64,000 nt of DNA from Octopus vulgaris (taxonomy: Eukaryota): NCBI GenBank assembly GCA_951406725.2, contig OX597831.1:25978001-26042000 (forward strand), read 5' to 3'. Below the pieces are notes generated by a model. The model was not told where the DNA came from and did not search any database. It saw only the letters and a list, made by a program, of their open reading frames with translations. The position numbers and the translations under genes are program-made. Below, piece after piece: positions 13,945-25,830 of the stretch (positions are counted from its first letter, which is position 1; each line of letters opens with the position of its first letter).

Positions 13945-14405
13945 AGAATTCATGAAAAAAACAAAAGACGAAGACAGGTGGTGTAGAAAACAAACAGATG
14001 TATAAGTATAATGCTTAAGAATTGAAAAAGTCTTTAACGTTTCGAGCCTATGTTCTTCCACAGAAAGGAACACAGAAAGAAACAAGGAGAGAAAAAAAAA
14101 TGTGTGTATTGGCTACTGATCTATCATGGCGATGTGTGTGTGTGTGTGTGTGTGTGTTTTTGTTTCCATTTGCTCTCACTTTCTACAAAAATTACAACAT
14201 ATGGGTAGTAATGCTATCGGTTCTGTCAACAAATTATCTGCTTGCTTTGTGCCTTAGAAGCTATGTGGAATAAGAGATATCTCACTTGAAAAACAGGTAT
14301 TTGTTAGCAACAGGAAGGGTATCTACCTGTGAAATATTGCCTCTGTAACATATTCACATAACCATCTAAGTCATTCTAGCATGGACAAAGGATGTAAATA
14401 TGAAT
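13720..14405 (+). mobile_element. diverged tRNA-headed SINE with an insert in its (TA)n
   Basis: S1-like head ggcataggtatggccgtgtggttaag; S3-like tail cattctagcatggacaaaggatgtaaa; insert at 13941-14131. Confidence 0.6.
14032..14067 (-). ncRNA. minimal type-I hammerhead-like motif (variant core CUGUGGA)
   Basis: CUUU-CUGUGGA-A-GAAC-AUAG-GCUC-GAAAC-GUU-AAAG. Confidence 0.5.
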
Positions 14406-14537
14406 CATGAATATATTCAGTTATATGAACAAGAGAACAAGAACTGCGTTACATATTTAGTAAATGATTGCATTATGAAGCTAGCAGTATGAAACCACCA
14501 AATAAGGGTTTGGAATCTGGTCACCAGATACAAACAC

Positions 14538-14569
<32 letters not shown>

Positions 14570-14583
14570 ATACATATATATAT

Positions 14584-14656
<73 letters not shown>

Positions 14657-15557
14657 CACACACACACACATACATAGAGCAAACTGCATGCATATGCATA
14701 AATGCATATTGAATTTCTATGAAACAGTCATATCTCTGGTGATTTTTGACATGGGTAAAGAAGGTCTATTTTCAAAGTAAACATATCATGAAAATGTTTC
14801 CAGTAGATTTTTTTTTTTAATAACATCCATAGTATCGCTGGTGCTTAGCCATTGTGGCTAAGGCTATGATGGCTCTTGTAAACTGAACAATGAAAAAAAA
14901 CAAAACAAAAAACAAAAGAGATAGAGTCCCTTTAATCTAACACATTACTGTATACTTTGTTGATATTCAAATGCTGTTGTAAGAGAATTTAGACAGTGAA
15001 TAAAGGCAATAATTATTCTTGTTTTGTGGTTTGGATCAGCACTGATTGTTCAGATTCCCTCACAGATGTTGCTAATGAAACTCTTTGAACACGAAATTTC
15101 AATTAGTTTCTTGGCTGTAGGAATTCCATTTACGTTAGCTGCTTGACAAAGGAACTGGAACACATATTCATCATGTCCAAGACACTAATGAGGATTTAGG
15201 GAAGATTTCAGATTTAACATTCTCGTTGACTTTTAATAATTGACATTGCAGGAATTGATGATGTGGCTGCTGTTATTGTTAGTCTTCTATGTCTACTGTT
15301 TGCTGTATGTGTATGAAGGCATTTACAGACTGATCATAAATATGCAGGCAGGATACACATATACAGATGCATGCACATACATATATACATATGCATACAC
15401 ACACATATATACACATACATACACATGCAAACATACACACATACATACATACATACGTACATGCATGCATGTATAGGCACACACACACACACTGACCCAC
15501 ACACATGCGCACAAACAAACAAAAAGGGAACGCAGTGTAAATAACGGACAGTCACGA

Positions 15558-15594
15558 CTATTGAAAAGGTTGCAAGACGCAACGAAAATTTTAG
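15558..15594 (+). ncRNA. degenerate minimal hammerhead, HHR-MTxP family
   Basis: CUA-UUGAAAA-G-GUUGC-AAGAC-GCAAC-GAAAA-UUU-UAG; followed by ATG at 15665. Confidence 0.45.
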
Positions 15595-15664
15595 GAAAAT
15601 AAAAATAAGAAATAAGTGGAAATTTTACCAGTGAGAGTGTTACATTATAAGGCACTAAAAGAGA

Positions 15665-15751
15665 ATGACTCTCCCCAGACACAACAGAATATGCTTCATC
15701 ACACAAACTCATATAAAGAATCTTGCAAACCAAATCCAAAGACTAATCGTT
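15665..15751 (+). mobile_element. truncated ORF start of a Penelope-like element
   Basis: MTLPRHNRICFITQTHIKNLANQIQRLI, homologous to MTIPKYNNICFNTRLHIKNLAQQIFKR (ATG 24703, minus); cut by an S3 insertion. Confidence 0.6.
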
Positions 15752-17140
15752 TCATCATCATCATCATCATCATCATCATTTAACGTCCGCTTTCCATGCT
15801 AGCATGGCTTGGACGGTTCAACTGGGGTCTGGGGAGCCCGAAAGCTGCACCAGTCCAGTCAGATCTGGCAGTGTTTCTACAGCTGGATGCCCTTCCTAAC
15901 GCCAACCACTCCGAGAGTGTAGTGGGTGATTTTATGTGCCACCGACACAGGTGCCAGACGAGGCTGGCAAACGGCCATGCTCGGATGGTGTTTTTTATGT
16001 GCCACCGACACAGGTGCCAGACGAGGCTGGCAGACGGCCACGCTCGGATGGTGTTTTTATGTGCCACCGACACAGGTGCCAGATGAGGCTGGCAAACGGC
16101 CACGATCGGATGGTGTTTGTTACGTGCCCACAGCACGGAGGCCAGTCGATGCGGTACTGGCTACAGCCACGTTCGGATGGTTTTCTTGTGTGCCACGTGC
16201 CACCGGCACTGGTACCACAAAGATACAAATTCCATTGATGTTCATCTATTTTGATTTGTTTTGATTTGATTTTCACTTGCCTCAACAGGTCTTCACAAGT
16301 GTCACAAGAAGGAAGGTATGCACAGGTGGACTGACTACGTCCCAGGTAGGGGCCACAGGTTATGGCCTGACTAGTCTTGCTGGGTCTTCGGATGGTGTTT
16401 TTATGTGCCACCGACACAGGTGCCAGATGAGGCTGGCGAACGGCCACGATCGGATGGTGTTTGTTACGTGCCCACAGTACGGAGGCCAGTCGGTGCGGTA
16501 CTGGCTACGGCCACGTTCGGATGGTTTTCTTGTGTGCCACCGGCACTGGTACCACAAAGATACAATTCCATTAATGTTCATCTATTTTGATTTGTTTTGA
16601 CTTGATTTGATTTTCTTTATCTTTTCTTTTATCTTTTACTTGTTTCAGTCATTTGACTGCGGCCATGCTGGAGCACCGCCTTTAGTCGAGCAAATCGACC
16701 CCGGGACTTATTCTTTGTAAGCCCAGTACTTATTCTATCGGTCTCTTTTGCCAAACCGCTAAGTGACGGGGACGAAAACACACCAGCATCGGTTGTCAAG
16801 CAATGCTAGGGGGACAAACACACACATATATATATATATATATTATATATACGTATATACGACAGACTTCTTTCAGTTTCCGTCTACCAAATTCACTCAC
16901 AAGGCATTGGTCGGCCTTTGATTTGTTTTGATTTCATTTTGAATTTGATTTTCATTTTTTCATTTTCACTTGCCTCAACAGGCCTTCACAAGTATCACAA
17001 GGAGGAAGGTATGCACAGGTGGACTGACTACGTCCCAGGTAGGGGCCATGGGATATGGCCTGACTAGTCTTGCCGGGTCTTCAGATGGTGTTTTTATGTG
17101 CCACCGACACAGGTGCTAGATGAGGCTGGCGAACGGCAAC
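15752..17140 (-). mobile_element. SINE-like family S3 with expanded minisatellite/higher-order repeat, interrupted by an S1 fragment (~16620-16917)
   Basis: Repeated unit ggatggtgtttttatgtgccaccgacacaggtgccagatgaggctggc; block cacttgcctcaacagg... at 16275 and 16967. Confidence 0.85.
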
Positions 17141-17316
17141 AAATATAAGTGGAATGAAAACGGCTTCAATACTTTAAGAAATTCTCATGGAAATGAAAAT
17201 AAATATTAGTTTCACATTTCAGCACAAGGCCAGCAATTGTGAAGACGGGGCTAAGTCAATTACACTAACCCCAAAGTTCAAATGGTACTTAATTTATTGG
17301 CACCACCACCACCATA

Positions 17317-17639
17317 GGAGCACTCCATCGCGACGACAAGGGTCCCAGCTGATACGATCAATGGAACAGCTTGCTCGTGAAATTAACGTGTAAGTGGCTG
17401 AGCACTTCACAAACACATGTACCCTTAACGTAGGTCTCGGGAAGATTCAGCAGGACACAGTGTGTGACAAGGCTGGCCCTTTGAAATACAGGTACTTCTC
17501 ATTTTTGCCAGCTGAGTGGACTGGAGCAATGTGAAATAAAGTGTCATGCTCAAGGACACAATGCGCCACCAGGAATTGAACTCACGACCTTACGATCATG
17601 AGACAAATGCCCCTAACCACTAAGCCATGTGCCTTCACA
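17317..17639 (-). mobile_element. tRNA-derived SINE (H3 head + Ta tail) nested in an S4 fragment
   Basis: Head gtgaaggcacatggcttagtggttagg; tail gtcgtcgcgatggagtgctcc. Confidence 0.8.
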
Positions 17640-17749
17640 TACAGTTGGAAGAAATGCTACTAAGCATTTTTTTGATATGGCAACGATTCTACCAGCTCAG
17701 CACCTTAAAAAGAAAATGAAAATAGATGTTGGAATATTAAAACTGTGTC

Positions 17750-17952
17750 TTGTTCATCGGTGAAAAGTCTCTTTCAACCATTCAGGAACTTCAGGACTTC
17801 TAAGTTAGGATCTGTGTCCTGTTTTCAAAGATTAAATTATGCTACAACTTATACTGTAAAATTAAGAAATTGTGTTTCAGAATATGTTTTGCAAGATTTT
17901 TGATGTGAAATCATGTGATGAAACAAATATTGTAATATTTGGGTATCCTTAT
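17750..17952 (-). pseudogene. decayed ORF of the HHR-MTxP (Penelope-like) family
   Basis: IRIPKYYNICFIT*FHIKNLAKHILKHNFLILQYKL*HNLIFENRTQILT; the first stop lies where the 24703 copy has CGA. Confidence 0.6.
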
Positions 17953-18012
17953 CTGTGCATGTGTTAATACGTAAATGAATGAAAAAAAAAGCTATGTAAA
18001 GGGTATGGATGG

Positions 18013-18332
18013 TGGAGACGCAATGGCCCAGTGGTTAGAGCAGCAGACTCGCAGTCGGAGGATTGCAGTTTCGATTCCCAGACCGGTTGTTATGTGTGTT
18101 TATTGAGCAAAAACACCTAAAGCTCCATGAGGCTCCAGCAGTGGGTAGTGGCGACCCCTGTTCTACTCTTTCGCCCTAATTTTCTCTCACTCTCTCTTCT
18201 TGTTTCTTGGGTAACACTGTGATGGACTGGCGTCCCATCCAGCTGGAGGGAACACATACGCCACAGAAACCAGGAAACTGGGCCGATGAGCCTGGCTAGG
18301 CTTGAAAAGGGTGCATAAATAAAAATAAAAAT
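18013..18332 (+). mobile_element. tRNA(Arg)-like SINE S2 (H2 head + Tb tail)
   Basis: Head ggagacgcaatggcccagtggttagagcagcagactcgc; 13-bp TSD aaag(g/a)gtatggat at 17998 and 18333. Confidence 0.85.
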
Positions 18333-18462
18333 AAAGAGTATGGATACAAACACTGTAGTAAGCAAACCCATACACACACACAGATGCAGATAAGGATACA
18401 CATCATAGAAAGACAGAATGGACTAAACAGAATAGGATGATACAGGTGAGATGGAAGAATCA

Positions 18463-18495
18463 CTGAAGAGGTCACAGATGTGTGACAAAAGACTT
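18463..18495 (+). ncRNA. hammerhead motif, HHR-MTxP family (GAAA decayed to AAAA)
   Basis: CUGAAGA-G-GUCACA-GAUG-UGUGAC-AAAA-GACUU; same stem II as 25672-25716; ATG TCC ATC TCA AAA TAT (MSISKY) at 18583. Confidence 0.55.
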
Positions 18496-18700
18496 CCAGA
18501 CGATGGACATAAGATAAAATAAGAACAATAATAAACAAGTGATAAATAAATACAAAGTGCGTGCGTTTATTTGGCAAGAAAAATGTCCATCTCAAAATAT
18601 GTAATAAAAAAATTCATATATATACGCATGTGTGTGTTTGTGTGCATTCAAAGTTAGCAGATAATTTGTTAACAGGTCAGACAGTGTCGCTACTTATATA

Positions 18701-19118
18701 CTCTTGCTCTTTTACTCTTTTACTTGTTTCAGTCATTTGACTGTGGCCATGATGGAGCACTGCCTTTAGTTGAGCAAATCGACCCCAGGGCTTATTCTTT
18801 GTAAGCCTAGTACTTATTCTATTGGTCTCTTTTGCCAAACCACTAGGTTATGGGGACGTAAACATACCAGCATCGGTTGTCAAGCAATGTTGGGTGTCAA
18901 ACATAGACGCACATACATACACACACGTACATATACATATATATATGCATATATACGACGGGCTTCTTTCAGTTTCCGTCTACCAAATCCACTCACAAGG
19001 CTTTGGTCGGCCCAAAGCTATAGTAGAAGACACTTGCCCAAGGTGCCATGCAGTGGGACTGAACCCGGAACCATGTGGTTGGCAAGCAAGCTATTTACCA
19101 CACAGCCACTCCTATGCC
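18701..19118 (-). mobile_element. SINE family S1
   Basis: Full-length homology to 9034-9471. Confidence 0.9.
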
Positions 19119-19438
19119 TATGTCATAACTTTTGTAGAAAGTGAGAGCAAATGTAAGTAAACAAACATATACGTATGTTTGTAACACATACACATGGCCA
19201 CCCACTCACACACAGGGGTAATTTTTCTGTTCACATCTACCAAATTCACTTGCTTAGTGTACTGCTCGGTGGGATTGAAACTAGGGCCATCAGAAAGCAA
19301 AATTCTTAACCACACAGCAATGCCTATACACAATTATTCTAGAATTTATATCAATAGATTTATTTGAATCAGCATATTTGTAAAATTGAGTGAAAAGTAT
19401 TTTGTTCAACTAACACATTCCTGTATACTTTATTCATA

Positions 19439-19503
<65 letters not shown>

Positions 19504-21399
19504 TTGTGTGTGAGAGAGAGAGAAAATATTATGAGAAAGCAACGTTGCAGAAAATACGTTAGTAGAAAACTGTAAAAATGAAATCTCAGCATATATAAGT
19601 TGTTATTCTGACATAATAGTGACAACTTGCAGAAAAAGATAATTAAAGAATGGCAATTTTTGTAAAAGTAAAAGTAAGTTTTCAGTGCCATCAGAATCTT
19701 TTGAAGTTTGAAGCTGGAATTGGTCTTGAAATTACTTAACATTTTGCAAGAAATCCAGAATTATTTCAGATGTCACTACAAAATGAGTTAGTTGACAAAT
19801 TAATCTGTGAGATGAATTGGTGTTAAAATTAATATGAATTTCAACATGGGAGTAGAAATATTACGAAGTAGTGTCTTTAAATTTAATACAAACTCAAAAT
19901 CAAACATGACACAACATGGAAGAAGTATAGATGTAAAGCATATACTACAAGAATACATATGACAAAATAATTGCCAACAATAGATCCAGGTGATGCATCA
20001 TTGCTGTAAAGTATGCACATTAAATGATGGCTAATGTTGGTGGTTTCTAGTTTTGCATTTTTGCAAACACTCTTTTTGCTTGTACAACTAGGTTACATTT
20101 TATTGTAAACCAGTCATGAATGCAAGAAAGAATACTGGAGTAAGATAACTGCTGCTTCCCATTAAAAAAAGTTTTGAAAAATATGGATGGTTTGTATTTG
20201 CAAAACCCTTCCATTTCTACTGAAAAAGATAAAAGCAGTGTTTTTCAAAATTGCCATGTTAATGCTTGTTCGTGTTAAAAACTGTGCTGTTCTGAATTTT
20301 CGATACAAGTGTACTTGAAAATATTCAAAGCTATTTAAATGCATGTATGAATAGCTGGGAAACAATGGCTATAAATTATTTCATTTATGAAATAGCCAGC
20401 AAAAGTGAGAATTGCTTTCTAAAAACTCTATGCCTGGCTTGTTTCAAGATAAATAACTCTCAGGTCAATATGATTGGACATGATAAGCTGATTACAATCT
20501 GAAATTCATTCAAGCACATAATTTTCTTCTGTATTGTGAAATTCATTTTCAAGTTTTCAAATTAAACCAAATTACAAGAAGAAAAAAAAAAACACAGAAA
20601 AATGATAAAACATAATACTTATTGACTGGAGTATTTATGCATAACTTTTAAATTAATTCAATATGGCATCATTATACCCTGATGAATAGATTAGATAGAT
20701 TTTCAATAACAAAACCTGATTGACTTTAGCTTTTACAACCACTGAAGCTGTTATAATAGTTGCTGGGAACATACAGTATCACTGAGTATGCTGAACCGTA
20801 TTCTGAACCCATTATTGTGAAGAATAGTTCTGTACACTGGTCTTTTATAGTAGCACTAATGGTGGAAGTACTACATGTATTCTATATCACCAGTACTACA
20901 ATCAGCTCTGCCACTATCACCATTTCTGTTTACACTTGAACATATTTTAGTTGTGTAGCGTATATCTTTGCAGATATGTGGTCGAAAAAGACTGATAACA
21001 AACAATATATATTATTCCAAAGTTTAATTGAAACATTCGCTTATTGTATAAATTTTGTGGACAGAGACATAATTGTTACATCGTTGTTTCCTTTTCATTA
21101 TAAATGAGCTTTCATTATGCCTAATTAACAAAAATCTTTGTTACTTCAGTTCTTATCTATGCTAACTAGCATCTTTTATTTTTTTTTTTAATTTTTAATT
21201 CATTTTACACCATATTTAGTGAATAATAACACTGTTCATTAGAGGTTTCCAATGGGTTAATCACTGGTCCACTGCATTTCGGATGATAAGAGGCAAGAAT
21301 CGTCTTTCCAATTTGGGCAGCAGAAATAAAACACAGGATAACGTTTTATTCAAAAGCAATTGGTTTTTCACTTTTGTTGCTGATTGATCAGTGAAACAA

Positions 21400-21430
<31 letters not shown>

Positions 21431-21604
21431 CATATATATGTATTCCAAGAAAGTTAGGGGTCGTGAATTCAACCAACTAAGGGATAATATCTATCCAATA
21501 TACTGCTGGTAGAATACCCAATTGTTAATGCACAAGTGTTTTTATTGCATTTCTTTTTATTAAACATAGCCAGTCTGGGAACTTTTTGATACTTCCTCAT
21601 ACTT

Positions 21605-22078
21605 TTTTTGTTTATTGCCCACAAGGGGCTAAACATAGAGAGGACAAAGAAGGACGGACAAAAGGATTAAGTCAATTACATCGATCCCAGTGCATAACTG
21701 GTACTTAATTTATCGCCCCCAAAATGATGAAAGGTAAAGTCGACCTTGGTGGAATTTAAACTCAGAACGTAACGACAGACAAAATACCGCTAAGCACTTC
21801 GTCCGGTGTGCTAACGTTTCTGCCAGCTTGCTGCCTTAAACGTTTCTTATTTTTTTATTGCCCACAAGGGGCTAAACATAGAGAAGACAAACAAGGACAG
21901 ACAAAGTGATTAAGTCGATTACATCGACCCCAGTGCATAACTGGTACTTAATTTATCGACCCCGAAAGGATGAAAGTCAAAGTCGACCACGGTGGAATTT
22001 GAACTCAGGACGTAACAGCAGATGAAATACTGCTAAGCATTTCACCCGGCGTGCTAACGTTTCTGCCAGCTCACCACT
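21605..22078 (-). mobile_element. two tandem copies of tRNA-derived SINE S4
   Basis: Head gagctggcagaaacgttagcac..gagttcaaattcc (A/B boxes); tail gccccttgtgggcaataaa; units ~21605-21838 and ~21845-22078. Confidence 0.85.
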
Positions 22079-22218
22079 GATACTTCCTCATGCTAGGGTT
22101 AATTTGATGCTTCACTGCAACATGGCTACTAAAGTGAAGCACCTATCATAAACTAGGGTCGCTTGAATTTACTACACTCTTCCCTAACAATTTAGTAGCC
22201 CAGTGCCAAAATAAAGTA

Positions 22219-22560
22219 TCATCATCATCATCGTTTAATGTCCGTTTTCCATGCTAGCATGGGTTGGACGGTTCGACCGGGGTCTGGGAAGCCAGGAGGC
22301 TGCGCCAGCCTCCAGTCTGATCTGGCAGTGTTTCTACAGCTGGAAACCCTTCCTAACACCAACCACTCCGTGAGTGTAGTGGGTGCTTTTTACGTACCAC
22401 CGGCACAGGGGGCAGAGGAAGCTGGCAAACAGGCCACAATTGGTTGGTGCTTTTTACATGTCACCGACATGGATACCAGTCAGGCAGCGCTGGCATCAGC
22501 GATGGTGCTTTTTATATGCCATCGGCACGGGTATCATAACTACAATTTTCATTTGATTTT
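22219..22560 (-). mobile_element. SINE-like family S3
   Basis: (CAT)n tail plus conserved body. Confidence 0.8.
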
Positions 22561-23171
22561 TATAATTTCTTGTGAAATTCCCACTCTCTTTTTCTAATGT
22601 AAAGCAATTAACTTCTCTTCAGTAATATATTTCTTAGCCAAAACTTCATTTACATTATGCACTGACTTCAGATTATGCAACACACAGACATAATTGTATT
22701 TAATTATTTTTTTCTATGCTTACAACAACATTCATTAATTGCTTTGTTTCAAGACATCTAAATACAACTCTGCATTGTTATTTACATTCTTATCTTCTAC
22801 TTAATACATATTAAACCTAATGAATTAATATATTGTTGATTTTAATATTCAGAGGTTAATTAGTATACTCACTCACTTTTCAGACATCAGTCATCCTTGT
22901 TCCACCTTTATGGGCCATTCTATTAATATGCCAGGGAAAAGATGCTATATTTTATAAAACAATTAAGCTATTTCTACTATGTCTATGTCTTTGCTTCTAT
23001 CAAATATTTCACATATGTTAAATCTGATCCATTAGCATTCAGTATCAACAATGGAATTAGATTGATTCATCGGTATTTGTAGAATGTCACAAGGCAGTAA
23101 GTAAATGATTAGAAAAATAAATCATTATCTTTATACAATAATGGTAAGGATATGGAAATATATGATAAATA

Positions 23172-23423
23172 ACAAATGCGCCCTTTTAAAGCCTAGCCAG
23201 GCTCATAAGCTCAGTTTCCCGGTTTCTATGGCATATGTGTTCCCCAGCTGGATGGGACGCCAGTCTATCGCAGCGTTACTCATTTTTGCCTGCTGAGTGG
23301 ACTGGAGCAACGTGAAATGAAATGTTTTGCTCAAGAACACAATACGTTGCCCGGTCCAGGAATCGAAACCACAATCTTACGATCATGATGCTGACACCCT
23401 AACCACTAAGCCATGCACCTCCA
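23172..23423 (-). mobile_element. tRNA-derived SINE (H3 head + Tb tail)
   Basis: Homologous to 31573-31835. Confidence 0.8.
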
Positions 23424-23517
23424 CTATAGAAATATATAAGAAATTATAAATATTAAGTATTAATATTTATCACCAAGCAAACAGCAATCGAGAGATACAG
23501 GACGAATGTTGCTTCCC

Positions 23518-23593
23518 CTTGCTGGATCAACATCCACAGACTGGTTTCGATGTATTTGCTCATTATCAATGTAGAGTAGCTGAACCCAGCAGG
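23518..23593 (-). ncRNA. degenerate type-I hammerhead with extended stem I
   Basis: CCUGCUGGG-UUCAGC-UAC-UCUACA-UUGAUAA-(stem II)-GAAAC-CA-GUC-UGUGGA-U-GUUGA-UCCAGCAAG. Confidence 0.5.
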
Positions 23594-23663
23594 TGTCACT
23601 GTTGACTGTCTGTTTGAAGGTTTATTTATATATATTCAGTGGAACACATCCACTGATTTTCAG

Positions 23664-23939
23664 AAATAGAAATATTATTATTTCTAAATCTTTCAAAAGG
23701 AGACTATGACAAGCAGCACTGGGTATTAATATTTATTGCTAAGCTAGCCATGGCAGTCCTGAGTAATAGGATGAATGCTGCCATTAATTAGCTCCAGAGG
23801 TTATCGCCTCTAGCTAGCTATGTGACACACAAATCTGTGTCCATTGGACTGACATTTTAGCTTGGTCATAAATACTAATATCCAGTAGTGCTGCCATAGT
23901 CTCCTTTAGAGAGATTTAGAAATAATAGTATTTCTATTT
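23664..23939. repeat. foldback with ~70-bp imperfect arms around three internal hairpins
   Basis: aaatagaaatattattatttctaaatc..ggagactatg.. pairs with ..catagtctcc..gatttagaaataatagtatttctattt. Confidence 0.75.
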
Positions 23940-24506
23940 TTATAAATATTAAATCCTCATTTCTCTTTTTCACAATAATTCTATTTTTTGATCAGATTAG
24001 TCATTTTTTTTACATTTTGGAAACAATATTTTGAGAATATTATCTGTTTATATCTTCCTCTCTTCTTCTTCTATCTCTCTCTCTCTCCTTCTCTCTCTCC
24101 TTCTCTCTCTCTCCTTCTCTCTCTCTCTCTCTCCTTCTCTCTCTCACTCTCTCATATATATATAAAAGAGTAGCATAAAATATGGATTCACAGAATCATG
24201 GAGCTTCCACAGTAAACTCCCATCTGGAGTTGTCTTTCAGTTTACATAGCAATCGATTGCAATTTAGTGTAATGTAATGTGTTTCATATAACTGAAAACC
24301 TTAAAAATCTGAGAAAAGGAAGTAAATATATATGATGGGCTTCCATACAGTTTCCATCTATCAAATTCTTTCACAAGGCATTGCTTGGTGTTACTGCTCA
24401 AGTAGAAGACACATGCCCAGAGTATAACACAGTGGAACTGAACCTGAAATTACTGAGTTGCACAATTAGCTTCTTAACCCTACAGTCACGCCGATACCTC
24501 CTAGCC

Positions 24507-24557
<51 letters not shown>

Positions 24558-24588
24558 GTATGTATATGTATGTATTTGTATGTGTGTA

Positions 24589-24623
<35 letters not shown>

Positions 24624-24799
24624 CGTTTAAATATTTGTTGTGCAAGATTTTTTATGTGAAGTCGTGTGTTGAAACAGATATTGTTATATTTCGGAATGGT
24701 CATATTGCCAGTTTAGCCAATAAAAACACACGCACTATATATTTGGTGTTATTTTGCTTCAGTGATATTTATTTTTTACATTAATCTTAATCTTATTTC

Positions 24800-24844
24800 G
24801 GCCAAAGTTCTTTCGTCACACTCCTGTGACCGCATCAGTGGTCC
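24800..24844 (-). ncRNA. hammerhead-like motif (left arm copy)
   Basis: Reverse complement of 25672-25716. Confidence 0.5.
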
Positions 24845-25671
24845 TTTGTTTTCTTCTCACTTACTTGTGTCTCTCCTTACTAACCGTCAGCCATTTTGTA
24901 TTTCTATTGTATGTCTTCATTTGCGCATGCTTATATCTCTATGTGCGTCTATGTTTATTTAGTGTGTGTGTGGGGGGGATGCCTGTAATATTTGTATCTT
25001 CTGGTTATATACATTCTTGTAATTTGTATTTTGTTTTTGTTGTTGTTGCTTTTGTTCTAATTTTGTTCATGTGTTTACATCCACCCATTATTATCATTAC
25101 ATATAAAATAGAAAACTAGAATGGAGCAATAGCGCACACCGCAACATATGACAATAGTGGATCCTGCAAACATAATAAATACACAGGTAATTAAAGAAAT
25201 AGAAATGAATATCTATATATATGTATATGTGTATATATATGTATATGTATATGTGTATATATGTGTGTATATATGTATATATATATATATGTATATGTAT
25301 ATGTATGTATATATATATATATGTATATGTATATTCTTTTTTTTTTTTTTTTTTTCTCGATTAGATTTATTATTATTATTACTAATATTGTTGTTATACA
25401 TACATACAAGCATATGTAATGATAATAATGGGTGGATGTAAACACATGAACAAAATTAGAACAAAAGCAACAACAACAAAAACAAAATACAAATTACAAG
25501 AATGTATATAACCAGAAGATACAAATATTACAGGCATCCCCCCCACACACACACTAAATAAACATAGACGCACATAGAGATATAAGCATGCGCAAATGAA
25601 GACATACAATAGAAATACAAAATGGCTGACGGTTAGTAAGGAGAGACACAAGTAAGTGAGAAGAAAACAAA

Positions 25672-25716
25672 GGACCACTGATGCGGTCACAGGAGTGTGA
25701 CGAAAGAACTTTGGCC
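25672..25716 (+). ncRNA. hammerhead-like motif, variant core CUGAUGC
   Basis: GGACCA-CUGAUGC-G-GUCACA-GGAG-UGUGAC-GAAAG-AA-CUU-UGGCC. Confidence 0.5.
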
Positions 25717-25830
25717 GAAATAAGATTAAGATTAATGTAAAAAATAAATATCACTGAAGCAAAATAACACCAAATATATAGTGCGTGTGTTTTTATTGGC
25801 TAAACTGGCAATATGACCATTCCGAAATAT

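Noticed and set aside
15925-16560. CRISPR-like periodicity, and a HHR-like CAGAUGAGG..GCGAAC in each unit
   Set aside because: Units are contiguous with no unique spacers or cas genes in eukaryotic DNA; the motif lacks CUGA and GAAA and folds as a simple GCCAG/CTGGC hairpin
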